DNA of 63,975 bases, the filler included, from an uncultured bacterium (lineage in GTDB: Bacteria > Hinthialibacterota > Hinthialibacteria > Hinthialibacterales > Hinthialibacteraceae), in the NCBI GenBank assembly GCA_964449065.1. It is 5 parts of 5 records of this genome, joined end to end, with 100 filler letters (N's around TTAATTAATTAA, not from the genome) between each part and the next. Parts side by side here need not be neighbours in the genome. Positions count along the whole stretch, not along the records: positions 25,949 to 38,593 come from CAYVAZ010000139.1; positions 38,694 to 51,327 come from CAYVAZ010000140.1; 3 more parts are not named here. One strand, given 5' to 3'. Position numbers and translations under genes: made by a program. This document shows, in pieces, positions 29,678 to 38,820 of this stretch. How positions within the stretch are numbered: position 1 is the stretch's first letter; each line of letters begins with the position of its first letter. The notes below the pieces were generated by a model. That model did no database searches and was not told the DNA's origin. It saw only the letters and a program-made list of their open reading frames with translations.

Positions 29678-30175
29678 ATGACAAACCCGATGAGTTATTA
29701 TATCAGCATAGAAAAAGAGTACTTAAAGTTTTCTTCCGCCCACTTCACGCTGTTTGACGACGGCCGCGAACCGCTGCACGGGCATAATTTCCGCGTGAAG
29801 ATCGAGGTGGAATCGGACGCGCTGCGAAAAGGCTTTGTCGTAAATTTCGTGCCTCTCAAAAAGTCGTTGCGTTTGATTTGCGAGCGCTTGGATGAATGCG
29901 TCTTGCTGCCGCGATCCAAACGGGTAAAGGTCCATCCAAACGGGCAAAGCATGGAAGTGACAGTGGATGACGGCAGCCGCTATACCATCCCGCAACAGGA
30001 AGTTATCGTGCTGCCGTTGGATAATGTTACGTGTGAATCGTTAGCCTATTACATCGGTTCGGAACTTCTCCAATGCCGCGAAGAGTGGGATGCGGAGAAT
30101 ACCGTGGTTTCCATGCGCGTCTGGGTGCAGGAAACCCCCGGACAAAGCGGTGGGTACTGCATGAACTTGAAGTAG
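29678..30175 (+). CDS. 6-pyruvoyl-tetrahydropterin synthase / QueD family (PTPS-III-like motif)
   Basis: FSSAHF, REPLHGHN, NVTCESLA, VQETPG. Confidence 0.85.
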   Translation: MTNPMSYYISIEKEYLKFSSAHFTLFDDGREPLHGHNFRVKIEVESDALRKGFVVNFVPLKKSLRLICERLDECVLLPRSKRVKVHPNGQSMEVTVDDGSRYTIPQQEVIVLPLDNVTCESLAYYIGSELLQCREEWDAENTVVSMRVWVQETPGQSGGYCMNLK

Positions 30176-30230
30176 AATGCGACGCGTGTTAGAACAGTTT
30201 CATCAAACGGAATGGGGAAGAAGTGACAAT

Positions 30231-31133
30231 ATGCTATATCACGCCAAGAAACAAAACGTTTTGATCACCGGTGGAAGCGGGTTTTTAGGCCGCCATCTTG
30301 CACAGCATTTACGAAAAGTGCATGAAGTTTGCGCGACCTATTCTAAGCGGAGGATTAATATTCCCCGTTGTCAAACCGGTTGCCTGAACGTATTGCAGGA
30401 TCACACGTTTCGTGAATTGTTTAAGGAATTTGATCCGGATGTGGTGGTGCATTGCGCCGCGATTGCGGATGGAAGAAAGTGCGAAGAATCGCATGAAGTG
30501 GCGCAGGGCGTGAACGTTGCGGGAACCGAGAAATTGATGAAAGCGATTCCCAAAAAAGATGCTCTGTTTATATACATTTCAACCGATTTGATCTTTGACG
30601 GCAACAACGCGCCGTATGATGAACACGCGGAACCAAAGCCGATTAGCTTTTATGGAAAAACCAAGCGCATGGCGGAACAACTCGTGTTGAAAAACTGGAA
30701 GAATCATGTGATTCTTCGCCCGGCCTTGATCTACGGAGCGGCACACACATCCGGCAAAGGCTCCTTCCTGCAATGGATGGACGATGCCTTTCAAGAGAGC
30801 GATGAAGTTCCTTTATTTAACGATGAATTCCGTACGCCGGTGTATGTGAAGGATATTTGTACTGCCGTCAGCGCGCTCATCCAAAGGGTGGGGCATCACC
30901 GCGTCTATCACATCGGCGGGCCGGAACGTTTAACGCGGGTGGAATTCGGCAAAACGTTGGCCAAAGTGCGGGGGCACGATGCCGGAAAGATAAAAGAGAC
31001 TTCGCTGGAAGATATGGATACCGGCTATCCCCGTCCCAAGGATGTCTCGCTGGATTCAACACGCATTCAAGAAGGCCATCGAGTGAAACTGACTCCGGTT
31101 GAAGATGCCCTGCGGGAGATGTTTTCAAAATAA
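30231..31133 (+). CDS. RmlD-like NAD(P)-dependent SDR (dTDP-4-dehydrorhamnose reductase family)
   Basis: ITGGSGFLG, YISTDLIFDG, YGKTK, RPKDVSLD. Start is uncertain (30177 or 30231). Confidence 0.87.
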   Translation: MLYHAKKQNVLITGGSGFLGRHLAQHLRKVHEVCATYSKRRINIPRCQTGCLNVLQDHTFRELFKEFDPDVVVHCAAIADGRKCEESHEVAQGVNVAGTEKLMKAIPKKDALFIYISTDLIFDGNNAPYDEHAEPKPISFYGKTKRMAEQLVLKNWKNHVILRPALIYGAAHTSGKGSFLQWMDDAFQESDEVPLFNDEFRTPVYVKDICTAVSALIQRVGHHRVYHIGGPERLTRVEFGKTLAKVRGHDAGKIKETSLEDMDTGYPRPKDVSLDSTRIQEGHRVKLTPVEDALREMFSK

Positions 31134-31383
31134 TCCAGAAACGTATAAATTCGTGTGTGGTATTGAACAGTACATAATCGGACAGACAGCCCAAAATCAT
31201 ACGGCGATATTCTCTTCTTGATGAACGATCAAGTCGTGTTGATTTTCTTTTGCCAAATGTTTTGGATTATTGGGGAAGGATAGCGTGTTTCTGGCTCGGC
31301 GGGAGCGTTGCCTTCCCAGGGCTTGTGATTCTGAATTTCCCCTACCCCCCTTAATAAGGGGGGCAACAACGGCGGGTGCTTTT

Positions 31384-31526
31384 GGCTTGGCGGGGGGCTT
31401 GTATTCCCATGTCTCGCTTGCGCGAGTGGTGGGCTACCGGACAGAAGCAGAACGAGTTGGTTTAGGTATACACCCGCTTTGATATAAAGTGTAATCATCG
31501 TTTTGAGAGCGTTGAGCCCACCCTAC
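31384..31526 (+). repeat. 143-bp structured composite repeat, copy 3
   Basis: Colinear with copies 1 and 2; lies in a repeat-rich intergenic region (31290-31670). Confidence 0.72.
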
Positions 31527-31610
31527 GAAATACCGGATACCCGGTTTTTATCGTACGTGGCCGCGCCCCTTCTGTCCTCCTTGCGTTGGATATCTTCCCC
31601 AAAGGCTTTT

Positions 31611-31670
31611 GTAGGCTGGAAGCCTGCACCACATTTTTCAACCGCGAATGAACGCGAATGCGCGCGAATG
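31611..31670 (+). repeat. 60-bp composite: small palindrome plus (CGCGAATGAA)-like tandem decamers
   Basis: Near-identical to 38471-38530; the decamer array also occurs at about 52188-52217. Confidence 0.8.
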
Positions 31671-31804
31671 TTCGAGCATAAATATATCACTTATCTCGTT
31701 CCATAAGAGTTAATGTTTTAAACAACTTTTCTAATACAGGATAATGACTGATGATTCTAAAATGAAAGCCGCTGTATTTTGTGCTTCGATGATTTTGAAT
31801 ATTG

Positions 31805-32248
31805 TTACGATTCCGCATTCAATGTCTGTAAGATATCAATGATCGCTTGCATATCGGAAATGCATGATTGTATTTTTCTCTTCTTTACTGCCCGGCACAA
31901 GATTTGATCCAAACCGGATAGCAAAGTTCTTGCATCGGACACCAACTGTTTCCCCTTTTTGGTAAACCGAATTTCTTTTTGCTTCCCATGTCCTTTTTTC
32001 TGTTCTAAATAGCCGGCGTTACAGAGTTCCTTCACTGTTTTCGCGACCATTTGCCGGGAAACACCCATTTGCCGGGCGATTTCCGAACCATAATTGACTC
32101 CACATTCCAAATGGCTGATAAATCCAAGAATCGCTGGAGTGACTGAATCATACCCTTTTTCTTGCAAATGCTTGGATAAATAAATCGATATTGCAACCTG
32201 AACTTGAGACGCATGAAGCAAAATCTGAAGTGAAATACTATCCACCAT
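31805..32248 (-). CDS. MarR family transcriptional regulator
   Basis: SEIARQMGVSRQMVAKTVKEL...GYLE.....KQKEIRFTKKGKQL. Confidence 0.88.
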   Translation of the reverse strand: MVDSISLQILLHASQVQVAISIYLSKHLQEKGYDSVTPAILGFISHLECGVNYGSEIARQMGVSRQMVAKTVKELCNAGYLEQKKGHGKQKEIRFTKKGKQLVSDARTLLSGLDQILCRAVKKRKIQSCISDMQAIIDILQTLNAES

Positions 32249-32261
32249 AGAAATCGGTTTA

Positions 32262-32324
32262 TATGTTAACCTTGTTGACATAGTGACACCCCCGCGATAT
32301 TATTATGTCAACTCAGTATACATA
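32262..32324. promoter_or_regulatory. Two putative MarR operators, consensus TATGTCAAC-N3-GTTGACATA
   Basis: TATGTTAACCTTGTTGACATA (32262-32282) and TATGTCAACTCAGTATACATA (32304-32324), in the divergent intergenic region. Confidence 0.7.
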
Positions 32325-32336
32325 AGGAGAAACAAA

Positions 32337-32732
32337 ATGAATCCCCTAAAACAAGTGATGTTAGCCAATGCCGGCAGTTGTTTTTTGTTCGGGCTATTAT
32401 TTGTTTTAATTCCCGGCAGCGTCATCGAATTTTTACGTCCTACGGAACCGGTTCCATACAATGTGTTAAGAATGATAGGCGCCGTTTTAATTGTGAACGG
32501 TTTCCATTTAGTATGGGCTTCCGGAAAAGAGATGCCCAATAAGCGATTGATTATTTACTTCTCTTTGGGCGATTTATTGTGGGTTTTGGGTACAGTGGTT
32601 TTACTCATTTTAGGAGTATGGATCACCTCATTTGCCGGCATCATATTTTCACTTCTCATAGCCGTTTTGGTTGCGGCTTTTGGTCTATTGCAAATACACT
32701 ACCGGTTTCAATCCCCTGAAAGATGGACTTGA
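32337..32732 (+). CDS. Small four-TM membrane protein
   Basis: AAGGAG RBS, four hydrophobic helices, divergent from marR. Confidence 0.75.
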   Translation: MNPLKQVMLANAGSCFLFGLLFVLIPGSVIEFLRPTEPVPYNVLRMIGAVLIVNGFHLVWASGKEMPNKRLIIYFSLGDLLWVLGTVVLLILGVWITSFAGIIFSLLIAVLVAAFGLLQIHYRFQSPERWT

Positions 32733-32874
32733 GCGGTTGTTAAAACACTGTTTGTTTTGGCAGCCACTCCAATTTAGAGAAAACCGCTTATCTACAGCAT
32801 CCAATTTACTGCCACTTTCTTCTCTATATCTTTTCGTTATGCTTAACCAATCCGGTTACAGAAAAGGAGTCACC

Positions 32875-33780
32875 ATGGTCTCTCAAGTGCAGTTAACAAA
32901 GAACGGTCCTGCTCTGTCGAACATCGTGCAAGGCTTTTGGCGGCTGGCCGATTGGAACGCGTCCAACAAAGAGGTTATCGCGCTGGCCGAAACCTGTTTG
33001 GAACTTGGCATCACCACATTTGACCACGCCGATATTTACGGCGGCTATACCTGCGAAGAATTGTTTGGTCAAGCGATTGCGGAGAGTTCGTTGAGACGGG
33101 AATCTTACCAAATCGTAACCAAATGCGGGATTAAACTGAAAACCAAAAACCGCCCGGATCATTCGATAAAATCGTATGACACAAGCAAAAGCCACATCCT
33201 GCATTCCGTTGACAACTCGCTGAAAGCATTGCGTACCGATTACATCGACATTCTGCTCATTCACCGTCCGGATGACTTGATGGACGCAAATGAAGTGGCC
33301 GAAACCTTTCATGAACTCAAACAGTCCGGCAAGGCGCGTCACTTCGGCGTGTCCAACTTTCCGCCCCATACGTTTGATCTGCTTGCTTCCCGCTTCCATG
33401 CCCCTTTGGTCACCAACCAAATCGAATACAGCGTGTTAAACATGCAGGTTCAAACAGACGGAACGCTGGATTATTTGCAACAGCACAACATCAAACCGAT
33501 GGCATGGTCTCCCTTTGGCGGCGGGGCATTGTTTACGGATCAAGAGAAACACAAACCGCTTGTTCAAGTCCTTCAAAAAATTGGGGAAGAGCATGGCGGC
33601 GCGTCCATCGATCAAATCGCGTTGGCGTTTATCTTGAAGCATCCTGCGGGATTCATTCCGGTCTTGGGCACCGGCAAACCCGAACGCGTTCGGACGGCGG
33701 TAAAGAGTTTGGATTTTCATTTATCCCGCGAGCAATGGTACCGCGTTTGGGAAGCCTCAAAGGGACACGAAGTTCCTTAA
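32875..33780 (+). CDS. Aldo/keto reductase (YdhF-like)
   Basis: GITTFDHADIYGGY, TKCGI, LLIHRPD, FGVSNF, PMAWSP; AAGGAG RBS. Confidence 0.92.
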   Translation: MVSQVQLTKNGPALSNIVQGFWRLADWNASNKEVIALAETCLELGITTFDHADIYGGYTCEELFGQAIAESSLRRESYQIVTKCGIKLKTKNRPDHSIKSYDTSKSHILHSVDNSLKALRTDYIDILLIHRPDDLMDANEVAETFHELKQSGKARHFGVSNFPPHTFDLLASRFHAPLVTNQIEYSVLNMQVQTDGTLDYLQQHNIKPMAWSPFGGGALFTDQEKHKPLVQVLQKIGEEHGGASIDQIALAFILKHPAGFIPVLGTGKPERVRTAVKSLDFHLSREQWYRVWEASKGHEVP

Positions 33781-33955
33781 TCAAGCGGACAAAGAATGTT
33801 TATGCCGTTGCGGCCGCGATCAGCCGGGATGAGAATTGTGTCAACGATTTATTGAAGGGGATCAACGCGGCATCAACTATCATCTTTTTCTATCACCACA
33901 ATTTGTTCTATCACCACAAACCTGAATTGCTTTCAAAATTGCTTTTAAAATTGCT

Positions 33956-34519
33956 TTAAAATCCATAATTGTGCAACTGCTGTCTGTTATTATAAATAAT
34001 ATCCCCGCCGCTGATGATGCCGTTGGAGGGATGGTAGAAATCCGGAAAGCGGGAAGTATTAAACACCGTGGGCAGTTGATCGGGGCCGAAACTCATCAAT
34101 GAATATGATTCGATAATGAACCGGCCGTTTTCCCGGTCCGCATCGCTGGGGACGGGGGCGCTGTAGGCGTAGCTGCCGTCATACAAATCAAAGAGGGGTT
34201 CTTTTTTGTGATGATCGGGCTGAAAGGGATCGTCAACCGGGCCCGAGTAATAAGCCACCGGCGTGGTCAGCGGGATAAAGGCGTGGCTGGGGGTTGAGCC
34301 GAAGAAGCCGGGGATCAAGTTTAGGATCGGTGGATAGTTGTTGTAATCCAAATGATACGTTTCAAAGGCGGTGCTCAAGCTGCGGAAATCGCTTAATGAC
34401 CGCGATACTTTCGCGCGGACCTGCGCGTTCAAGAAATTGGGCAATGCTATAGCCGCCAAGATACCGATGATCGCTACCACAATGAGTAATTCTATCAGCG
34501 AAAAACCTTTGTGTATCAT
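33956..34519 (-). CDS. Prepilin-type pseudopilin-like protein, paralog 2
   Basis: KG|FSLIELLIVVAIIGILAAIALPNFLNAQ; LTTPVAY; YHPSNGIISGGDI. Confidence 0.9.
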   Translation of the reverse strand: MIHKGFSLIELLIVVAIIGILAAIALPNFLNAQVRAKVSRSLSDFRSLSTAFETYHLDYNNYPPILNLIPGFFGSTPSHAFIPLTTPVAYYSGPVDDPFQPDHHKKEPLFDLYDGSYAYSAPVPSDADRENGRFIIESYSLMSFGPDQLPTVFNTSRFPDFYHPSNGIISGGDIIYNNRQQLHNYGF

Positions 34520-34685
34520 GTTGCCGCCTGCGATGAATTGTGGTACGTGTCCATTCATTATTACCCCAAATTAAGGATTTGTAAAATGTTAAATTTTTAT
34601 TATGATGGATAAGGAATATGGAATCCGCGGCAGTTGAGTTATGCATGCCGCATCATTTTTGAATTGGAGCTGAGCGGAAAATATT

Positions 34686-37600
34686 ATGCAAAACATGTTT
34701 CGCCCTTTGAAGTGGATATTGAGTGATTTATTGCGGCCGGTTTTTTTGTGTGGAGCGTTTGTAGTGGTTTGCCATCTTTGTGTTTATGGCGGGGGGCCTG
34801 CCCAACTGGATATTGAATTTCCCCAAGCCAATATTTTTTTGTTGGATCCGGATGAAGATCAAAATCTGTTTGTGATTGAATCCAACGAAGACGATGGCGC
34901 GCTGCGGTCGCGGGTTGTAGAAAATCTGACTGCCGGTGAACAATTTATCGTTGTTGTGGTGCCGAGGGATTTTGAAGAAGGCGCCCCCACCAATCAATAC
35001 CGGTTATCCGTAACTGGGCCGGGCGGGGTATCTGAGCCGCCGGAACCGGACGACCAATTTATCAGCATATCCGTGAATGATGATCCCATCGAAGCCTCGT
35101 TTGAAGAAGCGGATGAACAGGATTGGTATTCGTTTATCCCCAGCGCGACGGGTGTTCATATGGTGGAATTGCTGCCCGACCCGGCGACTCACAAACCGGG
35201 ATTGCCGCTCAAATGGAACGTGCCTGAAGTTTCGTTTCAAATGGATCAAGGGCCGTTGGGTGATTTGGATGAATCCACCATCCAGCAGATGGTGCGCGAT
35301 GCCGTTGCGGTTTGGAACGGGGTATCGTCCGCCAATATTGAACTGCAAGAAGGCGAGCCGCTGCCCGCCGATATCGTGGTCGCGGATGCCACCCGCTTAA
35401 CGTTGGGAGGGCATACCCTATTTTACGATCAGCAGCGGGACGCGCTTCTGTCGTTTGGCGGGTTTGATTTCAATTTCGCGCTCGATGGGGGCACGCGCGA
35501 GTGGGACGGGTCATCCTGGGTGGAATTGGAGTTGGAAACCGCGCCCTCTCCCCGCGCCTATCCCGCGACCGCTTACGATACCTTCAATCAGCGCTTGATC
35601 CTGTTTGGTGGATTTGGAACCGGTGAGGATGGAACCCTTGCCGCATTGGGGGATACGTGGGTATGGGATGGGGAAGCCTGGACGGAGATGTCGCCTGCCG
35701 TGAGTCCGCCCGCCCGGTTTTTTTCGGATATGTCCTTTGATCAATTCTTCGGGGAAGCGCTGTTGTTCGGCGGGAGAGACGATGGCGCCTTGCTGAACGA
35801 TACCTGGATTTGGGATGGAGAAAACTGGATCGACTTTTCCAATCCATTGTTTAATCCACCCGGCCGCTTTGGTCATCAGGTGTTTTATGATCCGGTATCG
35901 GAACTGACGTACGCGATACATGGCTCCACCGGGGGCGGGAATTTTTTTGATATGTGGGTATGGCGCGGCACGACTTGGTCCAATATTACCGATGAAGTCA
36001 CAACCCCTTCCGCGCGGGCGTTTGGTCAGATCGCGTTTGATGAAGGTTTGGAGCGGATTGTCCTATTCGGCGGCGATGGCGGGAACGCCGGACTGTTAAA
36101 TGACACATGGATTTGGAATGGCACGGATTGGGTTGAAGCCAGAACGGAAACCGCGCCGCCGCCCCGGTTTGAATTCGGCATGGCGTATGATGCCGGTCAA
36201 CAAAGCCTGTTTGTTTCCGGCGGCAGACAAGATAACAGCGTTTTGAATGACAATTGGTTGTGGAATGGGGAAACGTGGACGCAATTGGGACCGTTGGATA
36301 GCTTGGAAAACGAATTGAACGGCTTTGCCGATCAGGGTATTAACCCCATTGTGTTTGACAATCAAGGCAATTTAACGGAGTTGCTGCTGGGCGAGGGAAT
36401 GAGAGAAATCGCCTCATCGTTCACGGAAATTGTCCGCAGCGAAGACGACGAAATCCTTGCCGCCCGTATGGTGTTAAACGGATGGTTCTTAAGTGAAGCC
36501 GCGGGTGAGAATCAACTAAGCATTAAGGATTTCACCAATGAACTGGTACATGAATTCGGCCATTTTTTGGGATTAACCAATACGCAGTTTAATACCTATA
36601 AGCAGCGCAATAACGATCCGGTTGATGATACCCCGACCAGTGTGATGTACCCCTTCCGGCTGGAATTAACCGGTGACGAGTTGTTTATTCATCACGATGA
36701 TATAGTGGCGATTTCCGAATTGTATCCTTCCAGTGATGGAGCGCTTGAATCGGATTTCGGCACCATTTCCGGCAAAGCAGTGTTTGAGGAGGGCCAACCC
36801 GTTTTGGGCGGAATGGTGATTGCCCGGAAGGTAGACGATTTGGACAATATCCTTTTGTCGCGCATGACGGATCAAAACGCTCAATTGGATGGGGCCTTTA
36901 CGCTGCCGGGATTGCCGGAGGGAGACTATCTCGTTTCCATCGAACCGGTTGATCTCAGCCACTTTGACGAAGCGGATGTCGGCTTTCACTCCGTGGATCC
37001 AAACGGGGCCGCGTTTACCGCGCCGCCCGCGCCGGAGTATTACAACGGCGATAATGAAACCGGTGATCCTGAAATAGACAATCACAGCAAATTATCATTG
37101 GTTCGTGTGCAACCGGGGCAGGTGAGCGAGGTAAACTTTGTTTGCAGCACGCTCATTTCCGGGCGTCTGCTTCGCAGTCAACTGCTTCCGTTTGATGTGG
37201 ATTTTACTAGCGGCATATCGGAGGAAGAACGCAATGACCGGTTTTATCCGTATTCGGTAGTGATCGATGACACGCAAACCGCAATGACCGTTGAGTGGAA
37301 CTCGACCGGCAATCTCCCGCTTGGAATTCGGGTGGAACGGGCGGGACAAACGGTGTTCTCTAATCAAACCAGCCCGGAAGCCCGGCGCAACTTCGGCATG
37401 GCCTATGACGCGGCACGCCGGCGCACCGTGTTGTATGGCGGCTGGGTGGATACCGGCCCGGAAAACGATACCTGGGAATGGGACGGCACATCCTGGCAAT
37501 TGCGTCCGGTGGATTTGAGTCCGGTGCCGCGGTTGGTTCACTCGCTGGCGTATGATGAAGCCCGCGAGCGGGTGATTATGTTCGGCGGCACCGATACCGC

Positions 37601-38450
37601 GACCGGCGGCGGGGGTGTGAACTTTGGCGACACGTGGGAATGGAACGGCAGCGAATGGGACCCCATCCCCACCCCTGATTTTCCATCGCCGCGAGTTGGG
37701 TACAGTTTGTCGTATGATGCGGATTTGGGGAAAACATTTCTCTTCAGTGGAATTGATTCAACATTTACTTGGGTCGGCGATACGTGGGAATATGACGGCA
37801 GCGCATGGTCACAGATCGAAACGTCAAACCGGCCTTCCGCGCGCAATGCCTATTCGATGGTGTATGACCAAGCGCGGGGATTTACGTTGTTGTTCGGCGG
37901 CAGCGATGCCAACGGCACCATCAACGGAGAAAGCTGGATGTTCGATGGGATGAATTGGACCGAGTTAAGCCCGGCAAATGCTCCTTCGCCCCGGCGGTTT
38001 CACGATATGGTTTATGACACGGAACGGGATGTAATGGTGTTGTTTGGCGGGGTGGATGAAGGCACCGATCACATGGATGACACCTGGGAATGGGACGGCG
38101 AAACCTGGACGGAAATTAATACGCCGAATTCACCCGCCCCGCGCAGCCGCCACCGCATGGCGTATGACAGCAACCGCGGCCGGGTTGTGTTGTATAGCGG
38201 ATTCAGTGAAGTGGATGGAGAAGAAACCCGGCTGTCCGATACCTGGGAATACGACGGCAGCGATTGGGTGAATGTAACGCCACCGGTGCAAACTGAAAAC
38301 GCGTTTACGTTAACGCGCGCGAATGGTTTGGAGTCCGGAACCTATTTCTTGTGGGTGTACAATCCGGCGGAAACCAATGGGAGCTATACAATCAAAGTGA
38401 CCGCATCGGAAGACGATGACGTTTCTGTAAACCAATGGAACTTGCACTAA
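34686..38450 (+). CDS. Large secreted multidomain protein: metzincin-like domain, two Kelch-like beta-propellers, PPC/Ig-like domains
   Basis: Signal peptide; about 12 repeats of PR....AYD.....LFGG....DTWxWDG..W; HEFGHFLGLTN and the SVMYP Met-turn; ends SVNQWNLH. Confidence 0.85.
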   Translation: MQNMFRPLKWILSDLLRPVFLCGAFVVVCHLCVYGGGPAQLDIEFPQANIFLLDPDEDQNLFVIESNEDDGALRSRVVENLTAGEQFIVVVVPRDFEEGAPTNQYRLSVTGPGGVSEPPEPDDQFISISVNDDPIEASFEEADEQDWYSFIPSATGVHMVELLPDPATHKPGLPLKWNVPEVSFQMDQGPLGDLDESTIQQMVRDAVAVWNGVSSANIELQEGEPLPADIVVADATRLTLGGHTLFYDQQRDALLSFGGFDFNFALDGGTREWDGSSWVELELETAPSPRAYPATAYDTFNQRLILFGGFGTGEDGTLAALGDTWVWDGEAWTEMSPAVSPPARFFSDMSFDQFFGEALLFGGRDDGALLNDTWIWDGENWIDFSNPLFNPPGRFGHQVFYDPVSELTYAIHGSTGGGNFFDMWVWRGTTWSNITDEVTTPSARAFGQIAFDEGLERIVLFGGDGGNAGLLNDTWIWNGTDWVEARTETAPPPRFEFGMAYDAGQQSLFVSGGRQDNSVLNDNWLWNGETWTQLGPLDSLENELNGFADQGINPIVFDNQGNLTELLLGEGMREIASSFTEIVRSEDDEILAARMVLNGWFLSEAAGENQLSIKDFTNELVHEFGHFLGLTNTQFNTYKQRNNDPVDDTPTSVMYPFRLELTGDELFIHHDDIVAISELYPSSDGALESDFGTISGKAVFEEGQPVLGGMVIARKVDDLDNILLSRMTDQNAQLDGAFTLPGLPEGDYLVSIEPVDLSHFDEADVGFHSVDPNGAAFTAPPAPEYYNGDNETGDPEIDNHSKLSLVRVQPGQVSEVNFVCSTLISGRLLRSQLLPFDVDFTSGISEEERNDRFYPYSVVIDDTQTAMTVEWNSTGNLPLGIRVERAGQTVFSNQTSPEARRNFGMAYDAARRRTVLYGGWVDTGPENDTWEWDGTSWQLRPVDLSPVPRLVHSLAYDEARERVIMFGGTDTATGGGGVNFGDTWEWNGSEWDPIPTPDFPSPRVGYSLSYDADLGKTFLFSGIDSTFTWVGDTWEYDGSAWSQIETSNRPSARNAYSMVYDQARGFTLLFGGSDANGTINGESWMFDGMNWTELSPANAPSPRRFHDMVYDTERDVMVLFGGVDEGTDHMDDTWEWDGETWTEINTPNSPAPRSRHRMAYDSNRGRVVLYSGFSEVDGEETRLSDTWEYDGSDWVNVTPPVQTENAFTLTRANGLESGTYFLWVYNPAETNGSYTIKVTASEDDDVSVNQWNLH

Positions 38451-38470
38451 GACCGTTTTTGTTTTGGATT

Positions 38471-38530
38471 GCAGGTTGGAAGCCTGCACTGCATTTTTCA
38501 ACCGCGAATGAACGCGAATGTGCGCGAATA
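38471..38530 (+). repeat. 60-bp composite repeat, second copy
   Basis: GCAGGTTGGAAGCCTGCAC..CATTTTTCAACCGCGAATGAACGCGAATG, matches 31611-31670. Confidence 0.8.
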
Positions 38531-38697
38531 ACGACGGTGGTATTTCCAGGTCTTAGAGTTTTATACTGGTTTTATTTTGGATTATCGGGGAGGNNNNNNN
38601 NNNNNNNNNNNNNNNNNNNNNNNNNNNNNNNNNNNNNTTAATTAATTAANNNNNNNNNNNNNNNNNNNNNNNNNNNNNNNNNNNNNNNNNNNNTCAC

Positions 38698-38748
38698 AAC
38701 AAAAACCATTTTTCAAGCAATAGACAATCATGGATTGCGTAACATCAG
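38698..38748. mobile_element. End of a multicopy element (family C terminal repeat) at a contig break
   Basis: ...CATGGATTGCGTAACATCAG; reverse complement of 25798-25848. Confidence 0.7.
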
Positions 38749-38770
38749 ATCCTAAGAAGAAAAGTAAGAA

Positions 38771-38800
38771 GAAAACCGGGAATTTCTATACCCGGTTTTC
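38771..38800 (-). terminator. Intrinsic terminator after the ThuA gene
   Basis: GAAAACCGGG/CCCGGTTTTC perfect 10-bp stem. Confidence 0.65.
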
Positions 38801-38820
38801 CCAAGATTCGTGATGAGTGA

